From positions 352,001-416,000 of the forward strand of contig CAWKKR010000008.1 in NCBI GenBank assembly GCA_963850305.1: 64,000 nucleotides of DNA, read 5' to 3'. The notes under the pieces were generated by a model. The model was not told where the DNA came from. It made no database searches and saw only the letters and a program-made list of their open reading frames with translations. This document shows, piece after piece, positions 20,300 to 29,534 of the stretch (positions are counted from its first letter, which is position 1; every line of letters begins with the position of its first letter). This DNA comes from an uncultured delta proteobacterium (GTDB lineage Bacteria > Myxococcota_A > Polyangia > Polyangiales > Polyangiaceae). A program made the position numbers and the translations under genes.

Positions 20300-21571
20300 T
20301 CAGGGGTTACAGCCGACCTGGGTGATATCCACGTTGCCGAGCAGCGCATCGTTGACCTGGCCGGACACGTTCGGGCAGCTCTCGGTGACGCAACGCTGCG
20401 CCGCGTAGCGCGTCGCCGCATCGCCGGGCCCACCGCCGCTCAGACCGGCCAGACCGGCGCTGTTCGCCCAGCAATCCGCGTATTCTGCGCCGTTCATCGT
20501 GCCAGTGCCGAGGACGTGCTCGCCCATGTAAGGAATGGCCGCCTTGTCTCCCATGCACCAATCCATCTGGGGGCTCTCGGGCCAATAGAGACCGATGAAC
20601 ATGCACATCTCGTCGGTCGTCTGCTGGCCCTGCGCGATGTCCCGCGCCTCCGTGTTCTGATAGCCGCACGACCATTTGACCCACTGACCCTGCTTCATCG
20701 GTATGGGCGGCGAATCGACCACCGCGGGCGGCTCGTTCCAGTTGGTCGTGTGGTAGAGCTGTTGCACCTCGCTGGTCGAGCCGAGGAGCGGATCTCCGTC
20801 GAGCAGCGAAGCGGTGTAATCGACGCCGCGCGCGTGCATGTGCGCCACCTGCTGCACGAGATTCACGTCCTCCGTCACCGGGCAAGACGTGGTTGCGCTG
20901 GCAGCGCTCGCCGCCGGGATCGCGATGTAGTTGTTGTACCAGAATATGACTCCGGCGCGCTGTGCGACCTGGGCGGTGGGGATGCTGTAGAGGTTTTCCT
21001 TGTAACACGCATGAACCGGATTTTCCGACGTGTTGATCATGTGAAAATTCAGCTCGAGCACGTCGTTCTTCGCGATCTTCAGCGCGACGTCGTCCGGAAG
21101 AGTTCCCTTCGCGAGCGTGGAGCGCGCATCGTCGACTCGCGCCACGAGCAAGCCCGAGACCTGATAATTCGACGCCAGGCTCTCGCAGTCGAGGGCCGTG
21201 GACGCATCGACGGTGTTGCCGGCAACGTCGGTGGTCGGCAGCACCCCGTTCGCATAAGATGTAGAGAGAACGTTGGCGTGGTGCGACCCTTTGGTGAACA
21301 TGCCCTCCGACCAGTTCATGTTCACGTCGTCACTCGCCAGGATGAGTTTGCACACCTGACGCTCCTGACCCGCGTCGAGCTGCATATCGATTGACACCTG
21401 GATCCCCTCGCCGGGCGCAGGGGGCGGAAGATCGAGAGCGTCGCACCCGTCGAGCGGAGCGCTCGCGCTGCCGATCGGATCGGGTGAAGCTGGGGCGGTG
21501 GTGTCACCGCCTCCGCACGCGGAAAGGATCAAAGCGGCCCCGATCGCGACGTACCCCTGGAAATGCGGCAT
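20300..21571 (-). CDS. Copper type II ascorbate-dependent monooxygenase-like lipoprotein (PHM/DBM family)
   Basis: Lipobox LILSAC; CuH ligands SHH and FHMIN; CuM ligands AHMH and TTDEMCMF. Confidence 0.85.
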   Translation of the reverse strand: MPHFQGYVAIGAALILSACGGGDTTAPASPDPIGSASAPLDGCDALDLPPPAPGEGIQVSIDMQLDAGQERQVCKLILASDDVNMNWSEGMFTKGSHHANVLSTSYANGVLPTTDVAGNTVDASTALDCESLASNYQVSGLLVARVDDARSTLAKGTLPDDVALKIAKNDVLELNFHMINTSENPVHACYKENLYSIPTAQVAQRAGVIFWYNNYIAIPAASAASATTSCPVTEDVNLVQQVAHMHARGVDYTASLLDGDPLLGSTSEVQQLYHTTNWNEPPAVVDSPPIPMKQGQWVKWSCGYQNTEARDIAQGQQTTDEMCMFIGLYWPESPQMDWCMGDKAAIPYMGEHVLGTGTMNGAEYADCWANSAGLAGLSGGGPGDAATRYAAQRCVTESCPNVSGQVNDALLGNVDITQVGCNP

Positions 21572-21688
21572 CCGGAACGACCTCTCTCGACCGGGCTTAT
21601 ATCGCGTCGGCGGCATCCTGGACATAGTCCGATCTTCGATGCGGGGGACGTCCCAAGCTCCGCTGCGGTAGCTGCCGCGCTCGCAGAC

Positions 21689-21866
21689 TCACTTCTTGAT
21701 CTGGTGCAGCGAAAACGCGATGCCTTGCGGATCCATCATCTGCGCCGCCCGGCCGCCGGGGACCTCCATCGGCCCGTTCAGGAGCTTGCCGCCTAGCTGC
21801 TTGGCCCGGGCTGGGGGTCGGCGACGACCGCGAAGCGTCCCACCGGCCGACATTCGAGCTCGCCAT
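21689..21866 (-). pseudogene. Collapsed remnant of a two-domain VOC/glyoxalase gene
   Basis: RBS AAGGAGGT then MASSNVGR, then out-of-frame fragments VGRFAVVADPQ and RAKQLGGKLLNGPMEVPGGRAAQMMDPQGIAFSLHQIKK*. Confidence 0.75.
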
Positions 21867-22011
21867 GGCTACCTCCTTCGCGCGCGCGGAACGACGCGCC
21901 CGCGTGGCATCCTCGTTCCGCCCGAGACGAGTCGCAACCCCGGAAAGGCATGCCGGCCCTTCGTTCACACGGACGTCACCGCAAGCGATGAACGGTCGCC
22001 GACCCCGCCGT

Positions 22012-22965
22012 TCACGGAGACGCAGCGGCGTCGCGGACGTCGAGTGCCAGCTTGCAGCCGTCGAGGCGACGCGCGTACTGGGCGCGACGGTCGAGCGAGA
22101 TCCAGCTCGGATCGACGCGCCGGCGCTGGCGCAACAGGATCTTCTCCGTCGCGAGATCGACAATCGCGATCCGGACGAAGTGCGGCCGCTCGCCGTCGAG
22201 TTCCGAGGGCCCCGGGGTGTCGCCGGGTTCGTCGAGGACGGCGATGAAGAGTCGCGCCCGAGCCGCCTGCTTCGCCTCGTCGATCGGGGCCCTGGCAAAC
22301 GCATGTTCGAGCTCGGAGATATCGGACACACTGTCCGAGGTTCGGACGCGCTCCAGCCAGGCAGGCGAGAGGAACGGTAACCCGACGACCGCGGACCAGA
22401 GCCGATGTGCGTTCGCGACGACATCCGACGAACCTGCCGCGCGTACTTTCGTCAGCAGCGCTTTCTCGGATCGTTCACGCGGGGGCTCCGCCAGGCAGCT
22501 CAGGAACGCATCTTTGAACGACGCGACCTCCGCCTCCGCCATGGCGGCGCTCGTCTTGAATGAGTCGAGGGGACCGCGGAAGTAGATGAGGGGCTGCGCC
22601 AGCACCTTGTCCAGCGCTCCCGCCCGCAGTGCGCCGTCGAGCACGTCACCGTCGTAGGAACCGGCGAGCCGCCGTAACCAGGTCTCGGCGCGAACTACGG
22701 TGCGCTGGTCTTCGACCGTCAGAGACGACGCTTGCGAGGTCACGGCCCGCAGCAGCGCGCCCCGCGATGCGATGAGCTGTTCGTTGTCGCGGCGCCGGAG
22801 CACGACCAGAAAGATCGTGGCGGCGACGATCCCAAGCACCGTCGCGATCCGGAACAGCGCCACGAGCCGCGGCGCGAGCGCCGCACCGGGCGAGCCGCGA
22901 AGACTCTTTTCGATGCGCGCCGCGAGGGGCTTCGCCATCCTGGAATTGACGAGCAAGGTCGGCAT
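22012..22965 (-). CDS. Hypothetical single-pass membrane protein
   Basis: MPTLLVNSRM start 5 bp after the upstream stop; TM segment IATVLGIVAATIFLVVL; helical body. Confidence 0.7.
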   Translation of the reverse strand: MPTLLVNSRMAKPLAARIEKSLRGSPGAALAPRLVALFRIATVLGIVAATIFLVVLRRRDNEQLIASRGALLRAVTSQASSLTVEDQRTVVRAETWLRRLAGSYDGDVLDGALRAGALDKVLAQPLIYFRGPLDSFKTSAAMAEAEVASFKDAFLSCLAEPPRERSEKALLTKVRAAGSSDVVANAHRLWSAVVGLPFLSPAWLERVRTSDSVSDISELEHAFARAPIDEAKQAARARLFIAVLDEPGDTPGPSELDGERPHFVRIAIVDLATEKILLRQRRRVDPSWISLDRRAQYARRLDGCKLALDVRDAAASP

Positions 22966-22970
22966 GGACG

Positions 22971-24617
22971 TCAGCTCCTGGAGCGCACGGAGCTCGGTCC
23001 CGCCTCGGCGAGGTTGCGCTCGACGAGCGCCATGAGCTGCTCGCCGGTCACGCCGAGCCGGGCCGCCGTCTGACCGGCGAGGGACGTGCGGGCGACGCCG
23101 GGGACGAACTGATACGTGGGCCCGTGATCCGCACCGAGCTCGACCTGCAAGAACCTGAGGTCCGAGATCTTTCGCTCCCGCTCGAGCCGCGCGGCGAAGG
23201 CCAGGAAGTGCGTCGTGATGAAAGCTTGCGGCCCTAGCCGCGTCAGCATGGAGACGACGAGCTCGAAGATCTCTTCGCCCTCGGAGGGATTCGTACCCGA
23301 GCACAGCTCGTCGAGGATGACCACGGCGCCCGGACGTAATCGCTCGAACAGGGCACGAATGCGCACGAGCTCGACGCCGAGGCGACCCTCTGCCTGGTCG
23401 GCCTTGGTCTCCTGGATGAGGGAAACGACGAGCCCCGGCGACAGGGCAATCGAACCCGAGCGCGCCGGAATGAAGACGCCGGACTGCGCGAGGAGCTGCG
23501 CGAACGCGACGGATTGCAAGAGACGGGTCTTGCCGCCCGAGTTCGGGCCCGTGACGAGCGTCGTCGTGTCGTGGCGGTCGAGCCGGAGGTCGCACGGCAC
23601 GACCTTCGGCGCGACGGAGAGCAGGAGCGGATTGAACAGACCGAAGAGCGCCCGCGGCGCGTTCGCCGCGACGAGGTCCGGCAAACAAACGTCGAGCCCC
23701 GCCTCGCGGGCCGCGTCGCGAAACCCGAGTGCCCCGAGGTAAAACTCGAGGTCGCCGAGGAGCTGCACGAGGTGGACGACGTCGTCCTGAACGCCGTCGA
23801 ACACCGCGTCGATCAACCGGGACATCACCTCGCGATCGCCGAAGCGAAACCCGCGCACGAAGAGCTCGAGCTTGATGAGCCAGCGGCGCCACGGAGACGT
23901 CACGAACGGGTTCGCGTCGTTGGCCTGCATCGACACGATCTCGAACCCGCGGATCGCGCCGTCGGCACCGATGCCGATCTTCAGATTCAGCGTCGCCAGG
24001 TTCTCGTCGTATCGAATCAGGTCCGCGAGCGACTGGAACGGTTCACTGGCTCGCAGCCGCCGGCCGAACGCCGAGAGCGCGCTCAGGCCGGACGTCGACG
24101 AGCCGAAGCCGTCGGCCATGCAATCGATGACTTCCTTCACGAGCTGGAGAATGTCGAGCTGCCTGCGATTCGGATCCCACTGCCGGCCGATCGTCGCGCC
24201 CTCGAAGAGCGTGCGGAGCCGGCAGAGCAGCAAGTAGAGCCGCTCGAACTCGCGCCTCGGCGCGGGCGCGCCGGCGAGCTCCGCCACGATCGCACGGCGG
24301 TGATGGACGATCGCAGGATCCGACGGTGGATGCGCAAGCAGCCGCGCGAGGTGCGCCGTCGAAGCGGCGTACGCCTCCCCCGCGGCTCGCACCTTGAAGC
24401 AAGACGAGACGAAGCTCTGAAGGAACAAGTCGTTCGCGAACGACGCGGGCTCCCAGGTCGAAGGCGCGACCTTGGCGCGATCCAGCGCGTCCCCGAAGAG
24501 CCCCCCGGAAACCCCGCTCGCGAACGCGAACCCGAGCGCCTGCTTCGTGCCGTCGAAATCGATGCGTCGCATCGGAACCGGATGAAGCAGGTCAGGAGTG
24601 ACCTCTTGGGTGGACAT
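22971..24617 (-). CDS. MutS-related protein (MutS domain V ATPase with divergent N-terminus)
   Basis: VTGPNSGGKT Walker A, LLAQSG, ILDELCSGTNPSEG, FITTH, YQFVPGV; no mismatch-binding or Smr domain recognised. Confidence 0.82.
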   Translation of the reverse strand: MSTQEVTPDLLHPVPMRRIDFDGTKQALGFAFASGVSGGLFGDALDRAKVAPSTWEPASFANDLFLQSFVSSCFKVRAAGEAYAASTAHLARLLAHPPSDPAIVHHRRAIVAELAGAPAPRREFERLYLLLCRLRTLFEGATIGRQWDPNRRQLDILQLVKEVIDCMADGFGSSTSGLSALSAFGRRLRASEPFQSLADLIRYDENLATLNLKIGIGADGAIRGFEIVSMQANDANPFVTSPWRRWLIKLELFVRGFRFGDREVMSRLIDAVFDGVQDDVVHLVQLLGDLEFYLGALGFRDAAREAGLDVCLPDLVAANAPRALFGLFNPLLLSVAPKVVPCDLRLDRHDTTTLVTGPNSGGKTRLLQSVAFAQLLAQSGVFIPARSGSIALSPGLVVSLIQETKADQAEGRLGVELVRIRALFERLRPGAVVILDELCSGTNPSEGEEIFELVVSMLTRLGPQAFITTHFLAFAARLERERKISDLRFLQVELGADHGPTYQFVPGVARTSLAGQTAARLGVTGEQLMALVERNLAEAGPSSVRSRS

Positions 24618-24775
24618 CACCCGCATTGGACACCGGATCGAACGGAAAGGTTCGTCCAAAAGCACCACCGTGACCGCCGATCTCCGTGCGCTGAACCCGG
24701 GCCGAGCCGTGCCAGCGCCCCTTCCCCTTCGCGGTCGGCACCATTCGACCGCGAAGGGGCTGCTCTTCACTCTCT

Positions 24776-25678
24776 TCAGCCGATTCGCGCAGCACCGTTC
24801 GCGGCGCGGCCGTTCACGGCGCCGGTCACGGGCGGCGTGGGTTCGGGCGGCGTCGGTGCCGGCGTGGGTTCAGGGGGCGTTGGTGCCGGCGTGGGGTCGG
24901 GAGCCACCGTTCGGTGCGTGCGGCCCGCGTAGAGCGACGGCGCGATCGTATTCACGTCGTCCGTGCGCCATCGGAGAAAGGAGATGGCGCGCCGGGCCTC
25001 GTCGTAGGCGTTCACCATGAGCGTGAACGCTTGCTGGCGAATGAGCGCCGTCTCCGCGATGACGGCGGGGGTCTGTTGGTGCTCCCCCGCAGCGCGCACG
25101 AGCTGGTCCCCGAGGTCCTTCGCGGCTTGCACTTCCTCGATGGTGAGCGCCGTCTTGCCCTGGATCGCCGTCCAGCAATCCCGGAACAAGGTGGCGTAGT
25201 CGATGAGGTCGAACCCCACGTTCTTGTAACCGGTATGGCCCTGAAACGCGGCGAGCCGCGCCTCGTCCAGGAGCCCCCGTTGCACGAGGGCCGCCGCGTC
25301 CGAACGCAGGGTCTCGCGCAGGGCGAGCGCCGCCTCATTCAAGGCGACGACTTCTTCTGCCGGCGCGACCGCGGTCACGTACCGCGCATTCGCTTCGGCG
25401 CATGCCTCGGCGTAGTCATCCAGGCCGTCGAGCACAGGCTCGTCGATCGGAAGGGTCGCCATCTCCTTCTTGAGCGCCTGGATCTGCGGCAGTGCACCGA
25501 GCACGGTCGCAATCGCGGTCGGAAGATCGATCGTGATCGGGATGAGCTCGGTCACGCTTTCGATCTCCCGGAGCCGCCGTTCGTAGGCCGCGTTGGTCTT
25601 CGAATGGTCCGGCAGCGACGTCGCGCGCCGGGTCTGGGGTTTCGGGGCAAGGGCCTTTTTGTGGTTTGGGTTCCTCAT
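24776..25678 (-). CDS. Hypothetical helical protein with Pro/Thr tail
   Basis: 300-aa ORF with natural composition; YDEARRAISFLRW...APSLYAGR then (PTPA)n. Confidence 0.7.
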   Translation of the reverse strand: MRNPNHKKALAPKPQTRRATSLPDHSKTNAAYERRLREIESVTELIPITIDLPTAIATVLGALPQIQALKKEMATLPIDEPVLDGLDDYAEACAEANARYVTAVAPAEEVVALNEAALALRETLRSDAAALVQRGLLDEARLAAFQGHTGYKNVGFDLIDYATLFRDCWTAIQGKTALTIEEVQAAKDLGDQLVRAAGEHQQTPAVIAETALIRQQAFTLMVNAYDEARRAISFLRWRTDDVNTIAPSLYAGRTHRTVAPDPTPAPTPPEPTPAPTPPEPTPPVTGAVNGRAANGAARIG

Positions 25679-25842
25679 GCCCCTTCCGACGTTGGCCGCA
25701 TGCAGACCCCTACGGCGAGAGGTGATTTATTTTCTCTCCGCCCAAAGGAGAGCGGCCGATTGGTCGGTCGCGCAACTCCACTTCAATTCAGCGCGTCCCT
25801 CACGTCACGAATTGCAGCCAGCAGCAAATTCCCGCTCACGAA

Positions 25843-26088
25843 GAGCGATCCGTCCTTCCCGGCAAGCACCGATCGCTTGAACTGAGCGATCCGTCCTTCC
25901 CGGCAAGCACCGATCGCTTGGCGCAAGCGACGTCTGCCTTCCCGGCAAGGACGGATCGCTCGGCGCAAGCGACGTCTGCCTTCCCGGCAAGGACGGATCG
26001 CTCGGCGCAAGCGACGTCTGCCTTCCCGGCAAGGACGGATCGCCTGGCGCAAGCGACGTTCGCCTTCCCGGCAAGGACGGATCGCTTG
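25843..26088. repeat. Six-unit 41-42 bp tandem repeat with hairpin potential
   Basis: Core TTCCCGGCAAG recurs at 25856, 25897, 25939, 25981, 26023 and 26065. Confidence 0.9.
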
Positions 26089-26148
26089 GACCGAGCGATG
26101 GGGCCCCTCGACGGAAGAGTTTGTCCAGCGGGCCGGACCGCCGCATCC

Positions 26149-26604
26149 TCACAGCATCGATACGCGCTTCATCAGCGAGCCGCAAAGCACCGACGAGGGG
26201 TTCCGTTCGCGCTCGATGGTGAGGGCGGATTTGAAGATGGCGCTCGCGCTCTCTTCGTTGCCGAGACTGACGTGGCACACGCCGAGGAGTTCGTAGTCGG
26301 CCGGCTCATTGTGGACGGAGACGAGCTCCGTCAGGATGGCCTTGGCGGCGACGTGGGCTTCCGTCATGGCGGCGGTCATCTTGGGGGGCTCACCCTTCTT
26401 GATGAGCATGAGCTTCAACGCCTGGCGCTGATCTTCGACCCGGTACGTCGCGAACTCGGCGCCCGCGAAGAGATCGCGATAGCCGAGGTACGAGCCGTCC
26501 ACGTCGCCTCCCTTGGCGAGAGCCATGATGTCCTTGATCGAACGCACGAGCGCTTCGTTTGCCACCTCGGGAGCATAACCCGGATTGCTCGATCTCATCG
26601 ACAC
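26149..26604 (-). CDS. Small TPR-like hypothetical protein
   Basis: DYELLGVCHVSLGNEESASAIFKSALTIE resembles a single TPR. Confidence 0.6.
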   Translation of the reverse strand: MSMRSSNPGYAPEVANEALVRSIKDIMALAKGGDVDGSYLGYRDLFAGAEFATYRVEDQRQALKLMLIKKGEPPKMTAAMTEAHVAAKAILTELVSVHNEPADYELLGVCHVSLGNEESASAIFKSALTIERERNPSSVLCGSLMKRVSML

Positions 26605-26723
26605 GTGCGGTCACTTCCACTCTCGGTCGGCGACCGGTCGAGCGCGCCTCCGGTTGACGATGCCGGGGTCGGTTCCGGGCGCGGGATCGGTTCCGGGGCG
26701 GGATCCGGGTGAGCGCGCCGACC

Positions 26724-27531
26724 CTATTCCGCGGCTATGGGATCAGGCTCGCGCGCGGATTGAGCGATTTCTTCCGCGAAATCGTTCGCCGCTGATTCGG
26801 GGACGAGACGCACATTCATTTCCGCGAGCAGTTGCCGCAGGAGGGGCTCTTGCTCTCCGTCCCCGAACCTCGCGAAGACCACCAACTTTTGCTGGAGCGA
26901 TGCGTTTTGGGAATGACGGAACAGCATATGGCCCTGCGCACCAAGCTTCTCCGCTTGGTCAATCGCGCGCTCTCTCGATGACGGGAAACCCTGCGGATGA
27001 ACATAATGGTGCGCACCGTTGACATACGCGAACACGACCTTGAGCGGTTCACTCGTAACCGGAACGATCACATTGCCTGGAGTGGTAATCGGAACGTTGC
27101 GCTTGTTCAAGAAATCTAGAATTGGCTTCACGTCCGGTGCGTGACCGCGGTTCCGCCTCTTCTCTGGAATGCAAACGAGATCATGGAGGATCTGCTCCGC
27201 GGCGACATCCATATCATCCACCGCAACGGTCCTCGGCGGAGCCAGGAGCAAAGCGTTCCCGTCTCTCCGCCCGAAGTCCTCCAGTATCTCCAAAGAAGGC
27301 TCTTCCGCCAACGCCGTCAGGGCTCGGTTTCGGAACGCCTGCTTCGCATGGGTGAGGCGATCATCGTCGAACGACGACGCGCCGAACCGTTGGCGCCTCG
27401 TTGTTGGGCGCCATCAGAACCCGGACGGCCTTCATCGCGGGACAGACCAGCACCGCGCCCACGTTTGCGCCCTCCGCTCGCCCTTGGTCGGGGACGAACT
27501 GGATCAGACTATAGAAAGCGCGTTCGGTCAT
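26724..27531 (-). pseudogene. DUF3037 family protein, frameshifted near 27392
   Basis: Starts MTERAFYSLIQFVPDQGRAEGANVGAVLVCP (DUF3037-like) at an ATGA overlap with the kinase; continues in another frame RFGASSFDDDRL...NALLLAPPR into ORF 26724-27311. Confidence 0.75.
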
Positions 27532-28341
27532 TTTCGCTCTCCTTCAAGGCGTAGCACGGGGTCCCACGAGCATGGATCAGCCAAAATCTCCTCCAAGTTT
27601 TCGGCCAAAATACCGCTCGGTGCGACAAAAATTGGCGAACGCATTCCGCAGCCTGCGGGGTCCAGCCCCACGGCCCAGGGACTCCCGCGGTAACTCGATC
27701 CGCGTCTGCCCGACCGAACAGCCGGAGACGTTCGGCGAACGACCGCATGGCATCCCGAGTGGTCCTTGAAACGAACTCGGGAAACAGTCCCAGCACCTCC
27801 GCGGACTTCGTGTTCTCGATTCGTCGAAGCTCGGTCCATCGCCCGCGTGCTAGGCAATGCGTGTGGTCCATGGCGAGAAGCAGCACTTTCCCTCTTGGCG
27901 CGCCACCCTCCGAGAATAAGACGTTGTTGACGTTCCTGCGGGTCTCGTTGCCGCGGATCCGATACCGATCCACGTTCAGGATCCACATATCCAGCGCGAT
28001 CAGTCCGGCGATATCTTCCGGATTCGCGACGACCGAGAGTTCCGCTTCATCACCGCCTCACGGGTGAGCGTCGATCGCCGTCGTGATGAAGGCAGGCCCC
28101 GGCGATGGCTGATCAGCGATCGGGTAGGCCTTAAGGTCCCGTTCCGTGAGATCGAGGATGCGGTGCTCGAGGGTCCGCAGCCCTAGCCAATGGGCGGCGC
28201 GCGTGACGAGTTCGCAAGCCAACGCCAGTGGGCCTTCTGGGTTGCCCAGGCCTTCACGTACGCGTCTCCTTGTTCAGTGTTCACGTGCGCCGTTCGCGTG
28301 CTTGATCTCCCGTCCGCACCGCCGCGCAGGCGCGGCCGCAT
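27528..28341 (-). pseudogene. HipA-like (HipA_2-type) kinase pseudogene
   Basis: STRTAHVNTEQGDAYVKA / LGNPEGPLALACELV (frameshift ~28250), HP*GG (TGA at 28058-28060), DMWILNVDR...NVNNVL...AMDHTHC, further frameshift ~27607. Start uncertain. Confidence 0.78.
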
Positions 28342-28858
28342 CTCGCCCCGAGGCCCGCAGGCTGGCCTAGCGGCGGCGAACGACTCTCGCCGCGCCCGTC
28401 ACTCCGGTGCGGCCCCCAAGATGTGTGGTCGCTGCGAATTCGTGCGCCCCCCGCCACCGCTCCCGAATCCGCCGGCTTCCCCCGGCTCCGCTCCCGCGCC
28501 CGGTACCTCACCCGGCGCGGCTTCCAATAGAGGCTACGGTCCCTTCCACGGGGCGCCTCACGAGTCGCAAACGATGCGTTCGTATTCGTTCGCGCTGGCG
28601 ACGCCCGTACGTCGCGAGAAGGCTCGGACCAGGAGAATGGTCAGGTCGTGAGCTCCTTCGGAGAGCGACGTGGCGACACTGCACGGCTTGCGATTTCCGG
28701 CGGTTGAGCCACGCGCACTCGGGGGAAGGTCTGCAAAAGTTTGAGTGCGGGCGCCAATTTCCGTCGCGCATGGCGAGTGGTGCGCGCCCCGGTGAAACCC
28801 TTCCGATAGTGCGACCGTTCGAGTACGCTCGTCGAGGTGTGATTCGTCGCCGGGAGGC

Positions 28859-29533
28859 ATGACCATGCTTAGAGCAAGCCATCGAGTACCGTTCATCGTC
28901 GTGTCGACGCTCGCCGCACTGATCGCATGCGGCGGCGGTTCCGAGTCGAGTTCCGGCGGTAACAATCTCGCGTGCGGTGGAGCCAGCGCGTGCGCGTCCA
29001 GTACCGGCGGCCTCGGCGATCAGCCACCGGGTCCCAATTGCGGGAACGGGCAGGTCGATCCAGGCGAGCAATGTGATGGCGAGGAGCTGGGAGGTTCGTC
29101 CTGCGGCGCCGCGACCTTGAACTCCAAGCCAGCTGGGATCCTGGGCTGTCTTCCGAACTGCACGTTCGACGTCAGCGACTGCACCTCTGACGGAGCAGCC
29201 GTGTCAGGCACGGGCGGCGCGACGGGAATTGGCGGCGCGACGGGGCGTAATGGCAACGGTGGACGCACCGGGGCTGGCGGGCGCGCCGGATTCGGTGGGC
29301 GCGCCGGATTCGGTGGACGCGCCGGATTCGGTGGACAACCGGCTGCCGGTGCGACGGGCAGCGGCGGGACCACCGCGGGCAGCGGCGGCTCCGACGCGAA
29401 CACTGGCGGGACGGCCGTCAGCAGCGGCGGCTCCGATACGGCGAGCGGTGGAACCGACACGACCACGGGCGGGACGAGCAGCGGCGGCTCCGACACGAGC
29501 AGCGGCGGCAGAACGGACGCCGGCAGTCTGTAA
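28859..29533 (+). CDS. Lipoprotein with myxobacterial Cys-rich repeat and Gly/Ser/Thr tail
   Basis: Lipobox LAALIAC; CGNGQVDPGEQCDG; (GGRAGF)n repeats. Confidence 0.75.
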   Translation: MTMLRASHRVPFIVVSTLAALIACGGGSESSSGGNNLACGGASACASSTGGLGDQPPGPNCGNGQVDPGEQCDGEELGGSSCGAATLNSKPAGILGCLPNCTFDVSDCTSDGAAVSGTGGATGIGGATGRNGNGGRTGAGGRAGFGGRAGFGGRAGFGGQPAAGATGSGGTTAGSGGSDANTGGTAVSSGGSDTASGGTDTTTGGTSSGGSDTSSGGRTDAGSL

Positions 29534-29534
29534 C

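Noticed and set aside
25843..26088. CRISPR array or coding repeat
   Set aside because: No variable spacers; the first period is 41 bp, which breaks frame; overlapping ORFs are repeat read-throughs.
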